Both the position numbers and the translations under genes were made by a program. The notes beneath the pieces were generated by a model that worked only from the letters and a program-made list of their open reading frames with translations, was not told the origin of the DNA and searched no databases. Below, one piece after another: positions 40,535 to 50,553 of a stretch of 64,000 bases of DNA (the stretch's first letter is position 1; each line of letters opens with the position of its first letter). The stretch spans positions 1-64,000 of IMG/VR virus record IMGVR_UViG_3300028827_000129. One strand, written 5' to 3'. This DNA comes from a virus.

Positions 40535-41693
40535 AGCTATATCCTCCTAAACTTAATATACGTTTGCAATGGAGGGTCCATCTATGGGATGAAACCATAC
40601 TTTCTCTAAACTTATGGTGAAATTTATGATAATAATCGTTGTTTAATATATATTACGATCTTGTTCTTTAGTGCATATTGATCTAGGTTTTATGCTCGTC
40701 TTCAGTTTTTCCCCAGCATAAACAATACCTATCTCCAAATACAGCTTCACAAGTCAATACTTCTCCATTGATAGTGAAAAGTTCCTCAAGTTTTTTGACT
40801 TCCATTTCTGTAAGACCGTTAACGCCTATATCAACACCTAGGTTTTTTCTATTTCTACAGTTTATGGCCTCACAAATTTTATCTATTGCAGCTATCATTC
40901 TTTTATTCATAAGATTTCTCCTATCTAAGTATTGGTAATTTAGGTACTTTTCTACAAACTTTGTAAATTAGTGACAGAATGTAGGTTAGTCTTATTTATA
41001 AAGCTATGGTGAATGTAGTGCTATATCAAGTTATTCGTTTGAAGTTATAGCTATCCATGGTAGCTTTTACAGGATTCCTTTTTATTTCTTTCAAGGCTTG
41101 GATAGCTGAGTCTTTATTTGGGAATAAAGCAACATAAGAGCAGTCATCATTGCCAGCCATGTAAAATTTCACTGGTAGTTCTATAGATGGTTCATAGTAG
41201 TTAGTTTGTATTTCAGCAAGACTGCGTAGATGATTCTTCCCAGTAAAGTCTAATATTTTTACAAAAACTCCTATATCCTTCCACGGCCCTCCCCACATAC
41301 AAGCTTCATCTTTATCCCATAGAATAAAGCCACAACAAATTATTTCTTTTGGAGGGCGGTATTTATTCACTTTTGATTTACTATAAGCGTAGGAGCATAG
41401 TTTTTTATCTTCTGAAAGGAACTTATGTATAGGTATTACCAGTCCATTATTTTGGACAGGCATCTCTTCCTTTGTGAAGTAGTGTTGGCATTGAGCAACA
41501 TAATCTTGACATTTATAGCAATAATATTTAAGCATAATCATATTTAATCTCTATATAAATAAAAGCCTTTTTAAACGCTCTTAGAGCATCATAGAGCAAA
41601 TAAGATACATTTTTAAGAAAAGACATTAGCTTTTTACAAAAAAGAGCTCTATGAGCTTCTTAGGGCCTGTAATACTTTAAACTCAACATATGA

Positions 41694-41909
41694 CTATTGT
41701 TTCAATATATTTATTATTTTTTTATAGTTTTCAGGATCATGAGGAAAAGTACAATAAGTACATTCTTTTATCCCATTTATAAAGGTGGGGTTTCCTGGGC
41801 AATCTAAATGATACAAAGGGCAGAAACAAAATAGACAATTGAATGTATTTTTAAAATAATTATTGTGGCATGGGAAATACTCGCATTCTTTATATTCAAA
41901 AAACTTCAT
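41694..41909 (-). CDS. cysteine-rich small domain protein
   Basis: CEYFPCH...FNCLFCFCPLY...CTYCTFPH. Confidence 0.8.
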   Translation of the reverse strand: MKFFEYKECEYFPCHNNYFKNTFNCLFCFCPLYHLDCPGNPTFINGIKECTYCTFPHDPENYKKIINILKQ

Positions 41910-42532
41910 TTCATATCTTTTAATTTATTAGGTATGATTTCTTTATAGAACCAGTGTTCATCTGTTTGGACATGGTTAGGTCTTACATATTTCGCTATGC
42001 TATTTTCAAAATCTTCATACCTAAAATGATTCTTTAACCTAACCACATAACCTTCATGTTTTTCTTGGTCCATTTCACTCCAAATATATTCTATCAAGAG
42101 TTTATGGTATCTACCAATATACCAAACAGGAACAGGCTCAATACCTATAATATTAAACCAATCTATTGTATCTGGCCAATCAAGACATGTATTGTTTTCA
42201 TCCCATATACTAAATCCATAGAAATATGACCTTAATTGATCATAATGAATGCTATGTGTTGCATATAAGTTTTCTCCACATATTCTCCAGCCTTCTGGGA
42301 TATTATATCTTATTGTATTCCAAAAAGCTTTTACCCAGTTTCTAGATTCATGTTTGGAGTACGTTAAAGAGCGGGCATGTATGGCGTCTCTATACATAGT
42401 AGTATTTTCGCCATCCATCTTTTCTGTTACAACAATAAATTTACCGTAGAAATTTTTGTCTGTTAAAAGTTTTCTGTCGTCTTTGCCTGCATGACTCCAT
42501 GGTAAATGTGGAGTTCTAGGATACTTTATCAT
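41906..42532 (-). CDS. ATP-dependent RNA ligase (Rnl2-like family)
   Basis: KYPRTPHLPWS, TEKMDGEN, GENLYATHSIHY, EGYVVR. Confidence 0.88.
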   Translation of the reverse strand: MIKYPRTPHLPWSHAGKDDRKLLTDKNFYGKFIVVTEKMDGENTTMYRDAIHARSLTYSKHESRNWVKAFWNTIRYNIPEGWRICGENLYATHSIHYDQLRSYFYGFSIWDENNTCLDWPDTIDWFNIIGIEPVPVWYIGRYHKLLIEYIWSEMDQEKHEGYVVRLKNHFRYEDFENSIAKYVRPNHVQTDEHWFYKEIIPNKLKDMK

Positions 42533-43203
42533 GACATATTTGATGATTGCTTTAAAAGATGTACGATTTTTAATGTAGCAGCATATTCAGGATTAAGATA
42601 TTTATTTAAATAAATATCAAATCTTGAAGTAGTTGTTATAAAAAATACGAATGTAAGAAATATTGTAAGCATAAAAGTTAACTGTAAAATTGTAGGATTC
42701 CTATTATCACCAAAAAGACGTCGTCTTTTGATAAATAAATATATCCAAGTAAATGCTAATATAGCAAAAGAAATTCCCCATAAAGTAAAAAATGTTATAG
42801 CTTCGATGCGCGAAGCATGAACAAACCAAGGAAAAACTTTATCTACTGCAATTCCTAGTTCATGTGCTAAAGTTTCTACGCCTTTTCCTAAATCTATGGT
42901 AGGCGTCTCCATTATAACCTCCATTTATTATTCTAGTTTTATTTTATGAATTTCAGCTGCAGTAGGATTGCCTCCAAATAAAGCAGCAGCTGCTGCCTCT
43001 AAAGAACATAGTTCTTCGTCCATTAATGTTGTTTGTATTTTCTGTGCTTTCTCAAAACTTTTTGTAGCTTTAATTATTCCTAATTGCTCTGAAATAATAA
43101 CATAAACATATTCCATAAGTTATTTTTATCTTACATAAAAATATACAGAATACTTCCTAAAAATAATTTAGTATTAAGATATATCGATCTTTTTGTTTTA
43201 TAT

Positions 43204-43863
43204 TTAAGCATTATCGTTGATAATTTTTGAGAGCTTATCTATAAATTCATAAATATCTTGCATATTTGTTAACGGTGCAACAAAATTAGGCAATGAACGG
43301 TATTCTAAACGATTGCCTTTAATAGCATATTCTCCAGGCTGTCTACGAGCTTCTTTAATTTCTTTTTCAAATGCTTTATCCAAAGCTCGAATTATATTAG
43401 CAAAATCAAAAAGGCCATATTGATCTGAAAGTTCTAATTCAGAACCATCATGTAAAACATAAGAAGATCTGGAAGCAACAATATTACTAATATTAATCTG
43501 AAACGAAGCAATGGTTTTATTGCCGAGCAGCCGTGGGGCTTTACCATAAATGTTTCTAATTTTAACTGCTTCTTTAACATGATACTTTGTTCTGATTACT
43601 GCTTTATCTTCTTTAGAAAACGTATGTGTATGACAAGAAAAATCCACATTTTTGATACTGTCTCTATAGCATGCAATCATATTCATATAGGCTTCGAAAA
43701 TATTTGTTGAAGGTTTTGCGGTCCTGATTTCTACAAGACCAGGAAATCCATCAGTAGAATAATCTGTAGGTGGAACAGTGATGTTTTTGTACTTTCTACC
43801 ATGTTCATCTTCTTTCACTTCGAAATAGAAACCTTCAAGTTCAAATCCAAATTTAAGCAACAT
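43204..43863 (-). CDS. COOH-NH2 ligase/amidoligase-like protein (third, divergent, outside the cluster)
   Basis: FGFELE, DG...VEIRT, RRQPG, LEYRSLPN. Confidence 0.6.
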   Translation of the reverse strand: MLLKFGFELEGFYFEVKEDEHGRKYKNITVPPTDYSTDGFPGLVEIRTAKPSTNIFEAYMNMIACYRDSIKNVDFSCHTHTFSKEDKAVIRTKYHVKEAVKIRNIYGKAPRLLGNKTIASFQINISNIVASRSSYVLHDGSELELSDQYGLFDFANIIRALDKAFEKEIKEARRQPGEYAIKGNRLEYRSLPNFVAPLTNMQDIYEFIDKLSKIINDNA

Positions 43864-45126
43864 AGTTATTTTTCTCCTTAATTATTCAAGTATTTAATTC
43901 TAATAACATAGTTATGTATTAGCTTACATCCGAAGCTTAACTATTTTTGCGATCTCACAATGAGGACCACTACCAACACGTTTCAGAGTAAGACCAATCT
44001 TCTCTAGAGCTTTTTTCAGGTTGTGCATGTTACCTTTTGCGCTACCGTCAGTAAAGGTTACTTCTGGTTGTTCATTGTCTTTTCTAGCCAGTTCAGCAAG
44101 ACATTTTTTACATGTTATTGGCGCGGATGTGAGTTCCCATGGGTAATAGTTTTTATGGCAAGTATCTGTAACGTGTCCACATGTAGGCCTAACAAAACTG
44201 ACTCTATTTTTGGCTGTAATCCTGTAGGCATATTGGACCGCCTCAAGCCTGACTGTCAGGTAATGATAGTCATCTACAGCGTGCACTACTCCTGTAGAGC
44301 TTCTTGCGTTCATTACTTCCTCCATCCATATGTTTAAGATCCATGAGTTTTCTCTCGGTCTCTGAAAATGTTGTCAAATTTATCCGCGAGTTTTGGATAA
44401 ACTTTTTTAAGTTCAGAGAGGTATTCATTACTTATGCTTTCCATATTGCCATTAATAATCTTATTGAAATCTTTTAACCACTTTTCTGGAACATTAAAAA
44501 CCCACATAGCGTATGTGGAGTCATATTCATCGTCGTAAGTGGAAACAAATCCATTCATATTACAAATGGTTTTATTTTCTTCTGCATATGTATTACGGTT
44601 ATTGCCGCCTGTTCTTGTATAAATTAATATTTTATTATCCTTAACGAAACAATCTCTAAAACGTGGGTATTCGTCTGGATGTTTTCCTAACATTGGCAAT
44701 ATAAAAAATGTTGCAGGATTAACACCTTTTAACATATGATACAAACTCACATTTATCTCCTCATTTCAAAATTGGTTTAACTTTGTAGCCTTCTTTTTCT
44801 AAAATAGCTAACGTGGACTTAAATTCTTCTATGTGAATTTTACCTGGATGGTATTTTTCATACCTTATAGGCTCTCTTTCACAAAAAATGTCATCATTAG
44901 CATAAATCGGCTCTTCCATTTCTGCAGATACTGATAATACCCAATTAAAATAGACTTGTACCGGATTTTCAGCATTATATATGTCAAAAGTAACATCTGT
45001 AGGAGTCTGCCAAGTTTCTATTTCTTCTATTTGTTTGTCATATTTGTTAATGCTTGGTACAAATACTTCTCTTTCAGCAATAAATTGTATATTCATACTC
45101 ATGGTTTTTCACCTAGACAAAAATAA

Positions 45127-45217
45127 TGGTACCCCCGACAGGATTCGAACCTGTATTTGCCGCTTATCTAGCGTTACGGGGTATAAGCCCGCTGTTTTAC
45201 CATTAAACTACGGGGGC
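45127..45217 (-). tRNA. tRNA-Ile(TAT) with long variable arm
   Basis: GCCCCCG/CGGGGGT acceptor, loop CTTATAC, V-arm stem CGCT/AGCG, GTTCGAA, ACCA. Confidence 0.85.
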
Positions 45218-45225
45218 ACAAATCA

Positions 45226-46095
45226 TCAGAAAATCAAACTACCCTTATCATCCCATTTCGAGTATAACTTGCAATCCGGACGTAATATAACATATTTATA
45301 AACGCGCTTAGGTATTGTACTCATACAATCATCGTCTATAACAACACCCATATCAAATATTGAGTATTTTGTATGACCATATTCTAATACTTCTAGTGCT
45401 CTTCCGTTATTACTTACATATGAAGATATATCCTTTACAAGTTTATCAGATGCTCTATTTTGCTTTATCCACTTATCTTTTACTGTATGTCCATTGCTAT
45501 ATAGAATTCTAAAAGTAACTTGGTTAGCGCCAATTTGCTTTGATCTTTTAAGAATTGTTTCAGGACTGTAATGATTAAAAGCTTTTGTTAGATTTAATGA
45601 TAACCGTAAATTGAATCGATATTTTTTAATCCTACTACATAAATAAGGAATATCAACCATAAGCTTATCTGGTGTACCATTAAAAATTTTATTTAGTTTA
45701 TTATCGAAGCTAGAAATAGACAAGCTTATAGTTGATACACCGACATGGTGTCTTAAAAAATATAAATATGCATCATTTAACATTACCCCTGTAGTTTGCA
45801 TTTCAATGATTTTGAAAGGATTTGACATTCCTTCTGAAACCATAGTTCCTAACATTCTTAAGAATTCTTTATTTTGTTGAGGCTCAGAATTTCCAGTAAT
45901 CATAACGGTATTACAACCGTTATCTCTGGCAAATTCTAGTCTTTTGATATAATCTTTTCTGTACAAATTCCAATATAAATTGTCTTTGTGTAACATGTCT
46001 TCATACTGCTCTTCGACCATTTGTGATACACAAAATTTACAGTTATTGACACATTTATTGTTAGGAACTACAATACTCAAACTTTGAATACGCAT
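45226..46095 (-). CDS. radical SAM protein
   Basis: CVNNCKFC (CxxxCxxC), ITGNSEP. Confidence 0.85.
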   Translation of the reverse strand: MRIQSLSIVVPNNKCVNNCKFCVSQMVEEQYEDMLHKDNLYWNLYRKDYIKRLEFARDNGCNTVMITGNSEPQQNKEFLRMLGTMVSEGMSNPFKIIEMQTTGVMLNDAYLYFLRHHVGVSTISLSISSFDNKLNKIFNGTPDKLMVDIPYLCSRIKKYRFNLRLSLNLTKAFNHYSPETILKRSKQIGANQVTFRILYSNGHTVKDKWIKQNRASDKLVKDISSYVSNNGRALEVLEYGHTKYSIFDMGVVIDDDCMSTIPKRVYKYVILRPDCKLYSKWDDKGSLIF

Positions 46096-46113
46096 TTTAC
46101 TCTCCTAATTATT

Positions 46114-46467
46114 TTATTTATGAACATATCCTAAAGCATGCCAAATTTCATGCCCTAATACTTTTTGGGCATAACCGTTATCCCAATATCGTAAAGGAGG
46201 AGTAATAATTACATTAGATTCTCGCCAATAACACCCAGCTGCGTTTCCATTACATAAAAACGCTCTTTTTTCTGCCTTGTTTACAATCCAGATGTCTGCA
46301 TTTAAATGCTTAACTTTAATACCATCATCTATATTGTTATATGTTTGTAAAGTAGAACAAGAAGATGACAAAATAATTAAAAGCATATAGAAAAACAGAA
46401 TAATATGCTTCATATATTTATACAATCTCCTTTTTCTTAAATAAATATTTATAGATTTTATCTCCAT
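46114..46467 (-). CDS. small lipoprotein-like protein with HExxH motif
   Basis: Hydrophobic segment plus Cys; GHEIWHALG. Confidence 0.55.
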   Translation of the reverse strand: MEIKSINIYLRKRRLYKYMKHIILFFYMLLIILSSSCSTLQTYNNIDDGIKVKHLNADIWIVNKAEKRAFLCNGNAAGCYWRESNVIITPPLRYWDNGYAQKVLGHEIWHALGYVHK

Positions 46468-47569
46468 TAGCTAAAAATTGTTTTCTTAATTCTGCAATAC
46501 CTTTATCTTTGTCTCTAATGTTTTTATTGTAAATATCAAAAAGTATAAATGTAAACAGTGTTTTGCGCTTCTTAGTAATATAAAGTGCAAACTCCTTTCT
46601 ATCTGTAAATCTTACGGCATTAAGCCAAGTATATTCAAGTTCAGCTAAGTGATAATTAACTTCCTTTTCAATTTTTTCATACAGATTTTTAACTTCTGGA
46701 AAATATGTTAATAATTCTTCTTTTTCGCCTTTTAATACAAATTGAAGAATATGTTTAACAGAAAATTGGTTATTTGGACCCTTTAAGGCTGCTAAAGCTA
46801 TATATTGTTTATTTTTTATTTTTATTCGTAATCCATTACAATCTTGTAGGACGAGACCTTCAAAGGTTACATCTTTTTTTGATACTTCATTGATAAATTC
46901 TATTACAGTTTTATAATTCGGAAAATTATAAACAGATGGTAATTTTGCACCTATCTTCTTAGCGATAAAATGGAAAACATTAAGAGGATACTCTTGTAAT
47001 GTATTGTTATCAATAACATTTAATAAATATGAAGTTGGTTTTCTATATTCTCGTACAACTTTATTTGCTAAAGAACAAAATTCAAAACAATAAGTGAGGT
47101 TAGGATTAAAAAACTTTTGACAATGATCAGCTAAAGAATCCCAAAATAATTCAGAGAATGTTTTTGGACTTTCAAAGCATTTATGATCACCAAAAGTTTG
47201 GCGTGTATTAGCAAACCATTGATTAAAAGCGTGATAAACAATTATTAACGTGCCGTCTTCTTTCGAGATAGATGTAAACGGTTTATTCCATACAAAAGCA
47301 TCAGTAATTGCTTTTGCCTCGCCAAAATTAAAAAATCTTGTAAAAGGTTTAGCTGCAACTGAAAAATTGTGTCCTTCTTTCTTTAATACAAGTCCTCTAC
47401 ACTCCATTACAATGGGATGTGTTTTAGGACTATTTAACTGATCATAATTAAGAATAAAAAGAGGATATGCTGGATGAGGAATTACTTTGATGGCAAATTG
47501 ATTAGTAAGATCTTCAAGAGAATGTTCTTCTAAATATTTTAGAACATTCAATTGATAGCTGGAATTCAT
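46418..47569 (-). CDS. T4 Rnl1-like RNA ligase
   Basis: ECRGLVL, RFFNFGE, KEDGT, FEF, EGLVL, RIKIK. Confidence 0.9.
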   Translation of the reverse strand: MNSSYQLNVLKYLEEHSLEDLTNQFAIKVIPHPAYPLFILNYDQLNSPKTHPIVMECRGLVLKKEGHNFSVAAKPFTRFFNFGEAKAITDAFVWNKPFTSISKEDGTLIIVYHAFNQWFANTRQTFGDHKCFESPKTFSELFWDSLADHCQKFFNPNLTYCFEFCSLANKVVREYRKPTSYLLNVIDNNTLQEYPLNVFHFIAKKIGAKLPSVYNFPNYKTVIEFINEVSKKDVTFEGLVLQDCNGLRIKIKNKQYIALAALKGPNNQFSVKHILQFVLKGEKEELLTYFPEVKNLYEKIEKEVNYHLAELEYTWLNAVRFTDRKEFALYITKKRKTLFTFILFDIYNKNIRDKDKGIAELRKQFLANGDKIYKYLFKKKEIV

Positions 47570-47590
47570 AAAGTATATCTCCTAAAAAAA

Positions 47591-47666
47591 TGGTGAGCCG
47601 CCTGGGGATCGAACCCAGGACCACCGCATTAAAAGTGCGATGCTCTACCATCTGAGCTAGCGGCTC
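47591..47666 (-). tRNA. tRNA-Lys(TTT)
   Basis: Cloverleaf, loop CTTTTAA, encoded CCA. Confidence 0.95.
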
Positions 47667-47747
47667 AAAATCCCGGAGATATACCAGCTCGGGGTAAAAC
47701 TGAAAGGTTATGACATAGTAAACCTATAAAACCTACTACCGAGATTT

Positions 47748-47840
47748 TATATATCTTTTATCTATGTTCTTTGAAGAGTTAATCTTTATTGCTTTCATCT
47801 TTAATCGTTAGACTTTGCTCTTTAATTTTTGAACGTTAAG
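47748..47840 (-). repeat. about 13 degenerate 7-8 nt repeats, consensus NNNAA(A/C)G
   Basis: cttaacg ttcaaaa attaaag agcaaag tctaacg attaaag atgaaag caataaag attaact cttcaaag aacatag ataaaag atatata. Confidence 0.75.
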
Positions 47841-47855
47841 ACAGTAGTGGGCAGA

Positions 47856-47928
47856 TGATCGTATAGGAATTGAACCTATGTCTGCGCAATAATAATTGCG
47901 CTGCTCTATCCAGCTGAGCTAACGATCA
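47856..47928 (-). ncRNA. tRNA-like element (Arg-type D arm, non-decoding anticodon arm, no CCA)
   Basis: TGATCGT/ACGATCA acceptor; D arm identical to the tRNA-Arg here; arm GCGCA-attattat-TGCGC; T arm ATAGG-TTCAATT-CCTAT. Confidence 0.75.
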
Positions 47929-48022
47929 TGCTAGCTTTATAAGCTAGTCTAACCAATGCTGATAACCCACAGCATTACGGGGCTATGTCATTTATCAGTT
48001 TACGGTATATCCCCGGGGATAT

Positions 48023-48652
48023 TTACACCGTGATTTCAGTCCTTGCGTTTGATTCAGACAAAACGAAGTCTACTTCCCGCTCAAAGTTTTCGATTTCTTC
48101 TTCAATCTTGGCAATCACAGTTTGAATGTTAATAGGATCAACAATGTTAACTTTGTTGTTCTTCAGAAAAGGCTTTGCAATAGCTTCATAATCAGCTGAA
48201 TTCGTTTTAATATCTTTGCCGAGATTTGTTTCGACAAGCTTATCAAGACGTTCTTGGACTCTATTATTTTCCTTTTCTGTAAGCATATTTACAGCGCCAA
48301 ATTGTTCTTTCAGGTGAGCAAGAAGATACTTTTGAAAGTTGATCGAATTTTTCTTTTCAATCGCTTCAGCCACAGTCATTTCGACATTATTGATCTTAAC
48401 TTTCGTAACTGCGTTCGAGTTAATAATTGCTTTCTTAATTCTTCTGTAATTATCGATAAGGCTGTTGATGGATCCGAATTTAGCTTTAGCATTCTCAACG
48501 AAGTTTTTGACATTAGTGCCAAGCGGTGATTTGAACAGTTCCCCATTTCTTTCTGCTGCAATGAAAATAGAAGTTGCAATCTTTTTATTGATTCGTTTCT
48601 CAAGAGTCTTGAGCTCAACAAGAGCTCTTGTAATAGACATAACTTTCCTCAT
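48023..48652 (-). CDS. long coiled-coil protein (resembles DIP1984-like family)
   Basis: SITRALVELKTLEKRI...MTVAEAIEKK...EVDFVLSESNARTEI; GGAGG RBS; family call from memory only. Confidence 0.7.
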   Translation of the reverse strand: MRKVMSITRALVELKTLEKRINKKIATSIFIAAERNGELFKSPLGTNVKNFVENAKAKFGSINSLIDNYRRIKKAIINSNAVTKVKINNVEMTVAEAIEKKNSINFQKYLLAHLKEQFGAVNMLTEKENNRVQERLDKLVETNLGKDIKTNSADYEAIAKPFLKNNKVNIVDPINIQTVIAKIEEEIENFEREVDFVLSESNARTEITV

Positions 48653-49378
48653 TTACTTCCTCCTTTTTCTTTCTTTTGGGCCATGCTGTTTAAATGACAA
48701 TTTATCCATACCATGTGTTTGTAGCTTCAGTTTGTCAGATAAGACAAAATTTTCTTCTTTATTTTCTGATAAAGTACTATTTAAATATTGTTCTATTGTT
48801 TGATATAATTCAAAAGGAGATTTGATGAGAGGGTATTGAGATAAAGCTATATTTTTAGTAAGATACAATCCATAAATGAAATTTTTACCTTTTTTTTGTA
48901 ATAGAAAGACTGGTGTTTTAAGTGCAACATGTATGTCATCTAATTTCTTTCTATCAATTGTTTTATGCCATATTTGAAGAATATTTCTTTTGCTTTTAGA
49001 TGTTTCTTGTTTTTTAGCTAACGGAATAAAAGATACCTTACAACAGTTGTCATTAATGATTTCTTCTTCGTTCTTTTTGTCATAAAATAAATATAGTCTT
49101 CCACATAAGCTGATAATATCAGCTTTTTTTGGATACGAATATGAAACAAATCTGTAATAAGCAGAAAACTTTTTACGAACTTTTCTTGAATAAAATACAG
49201 TGGGTGCAGTATCATACGTCTCTGTAAGAAAAGCTATCTGTTCTTTTGAAAGATATTTATTATATTTGTAAATGTCAATAAAAATTTCTTCTTGATATCT
49301 GGCATATACTGGAGTTTTTGTCTTATAAGAATGTGCTATACTGTCATAAACATCATGAAAGTTACTTACAAGATGCAT
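48653..49378 (-). CDS. conserved phage-type hypothetical protein
   Basis: 241-aa ORF in operon. Confidence 0.65.
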   Translation of the reverse strand: MHLVSNFHDVYDSIAHSYKTKTPVYARYQEEIFIDIYKYNKYLSKEQIAFLTETYDTAPTVFYSRKVRKKFSAYYRFVSYSYPKKADIISLCGRLYLFYDKKNEEEIINDNCCKVSFIPLAKKQETSKSKRNILQIWHKTIDRKKLDDIHVALKTPVFLLQKKGKNFIYGLYLTKNIALSQYPLIKSPFELYQTIEQYLNSTLSENKEENFVLSDKLKLQTHGMDKLSFKQHGPKERKRRK

Positions 49379-49748
49379 TGCAGTTCACTGTGGCATCAGA
49401 GAATTCTTCAGAAAGCTTAACAGGCAAAATAACATTAGGGAAGATAGCCTTTGCATCCTTAAAGTACTTAGCACATCTTCCAGCAAAGGCATGGAAATGA
49501 TTTGCAACAGCAAACGGAAGGTCATTAAAGTTCTTTTGTACCTTCTTCTTTGCTCTCCCAATAGCGCATTTTTTACCAAAGGAGACAGAAAGAGGTTTAC
49601 TTTCTTTAGACTTATTGTACTGAGAATAACCGAAATATACAGCTCCATCGTCTCCTTTGTAAGCTACGACAAAACCACGAAGTCGCCGTCGCTTATTACC
49701 TTTGTCGGTATCATTAAAAACCCGTTCAATCAACAAAGTAGTAGGCAT
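49362..49748 (-). CDS. hypothetical protein
   Basis: 128 aa with GGAGG RBS. Confidence 0.65.
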   Translation of the reverse strand: MPTTLLIERVFNDTDKGNKRRRLRGFVVAYKGDDGAVYFGYSQYNKSKESKPLSVSFGKKCAIGRAKKKVQKNFNDLPFAVANHFHAFAGRCAKYFKDAKAIFPNVILPVKLSEEFSDATVNCNASCK

Positions 49749-50178
49749 CTTTTACCTCCACATAAGATTTTTTAATTACTACTTGTAAGAAATTTACTAG
49801 ATCAATATAGATTTAGAATTTGAAGATATTTTTGCATTATTTGCGCTTTAATTATTTCTTTGTCTTCTCTGAACAATTGGAAATGGCAATAGACCCGCTA
49901 AAGTCCTTTAAGGAATGTTTTTGCCATTCATTTATTTCTCCGACATAAGTGTCGTCTAGTCCTTTCTTTAATGTGATGCATTTTATCCTAAAATTTTCTT
50001 TTTTGTATTCAAGGGCTAAAAGAATAGAATTTCCTTCAGTTTTCATCAATTTAGGAAATGCAACCTTTTTCTCATTTTCTTTAACATCTATTCTAATCAT
50101 TTCTTACCTCCAATTATAAATAAGTATACTTAATTAGCATATGTTTTTGTTTTACAACAACTGTACTATTTTTGATGT

Positions 50179-50553
50179 TTACTTTACAGTATCTACATCT
50201 GGAGCAATCACACTTGGACGAAAAATGACTTTATAGCGATAAACATCAACTCCGGCATTGCCCAATTGCTCCACAAAATAAGAAACGTTATCGGATAATC
50301 CTAAAAAATGTTTCTTATAAACATCCGGCCCGGTTTTACAAGTGACCTCAAGCTGCCTTTTTTGGTCTTCAATCGAGCAACGACCTTCGATTGACAACAG
50401 ATAAGTGTCAGTTATGCCGTTGAAAAAAACCACTCGCCGGTTAATCTGGAACATTTCGGCAGCTTTTGAAAGGTTGTGCGAAGCAATCTGTGCATCTGTG
50501 CTACATCCAACAACGAAAAGTGCGGTAAGGCAAGCAATAAAACGAAAAAACAT
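50179..50553 (-). CDS. phage lipoprotein
   Basis: Lipobox VVGC; NRRVVFFNGITD...YKKHFLGLSDNV. Confidence 0.75.
   Translation of the reverse strand: MFFRFIACLTALFVVGCSTDAQIASHNLSKAAEMFQINRRVVFFNGITDTYLLSIEGRCSIEDQKRQLEVTCKTGPDVYKKHFLGLSDNVSYFVEQLGNAGVDVYRYKVIFRPSVIAPDVDTVK

Larger units (their letters stand above)
47670..48020 (-). ncRNA. end-paired ~350-nt structured RNA with a tRNA-like domain and a heptamer-repeat loop
   Basis: 47982-48020 pairs with 47670-47719; internal hairpins; tRNA-like 47856-47928; repeats 47748-47840. Confidence 0.7.

Noticed and set aside
47748-47840. CRISPR array
   Set aside because: Units are 7-8 nt and degenerate with no spacers; no cas genes; no CRISPR-like array seen anywhere in the window
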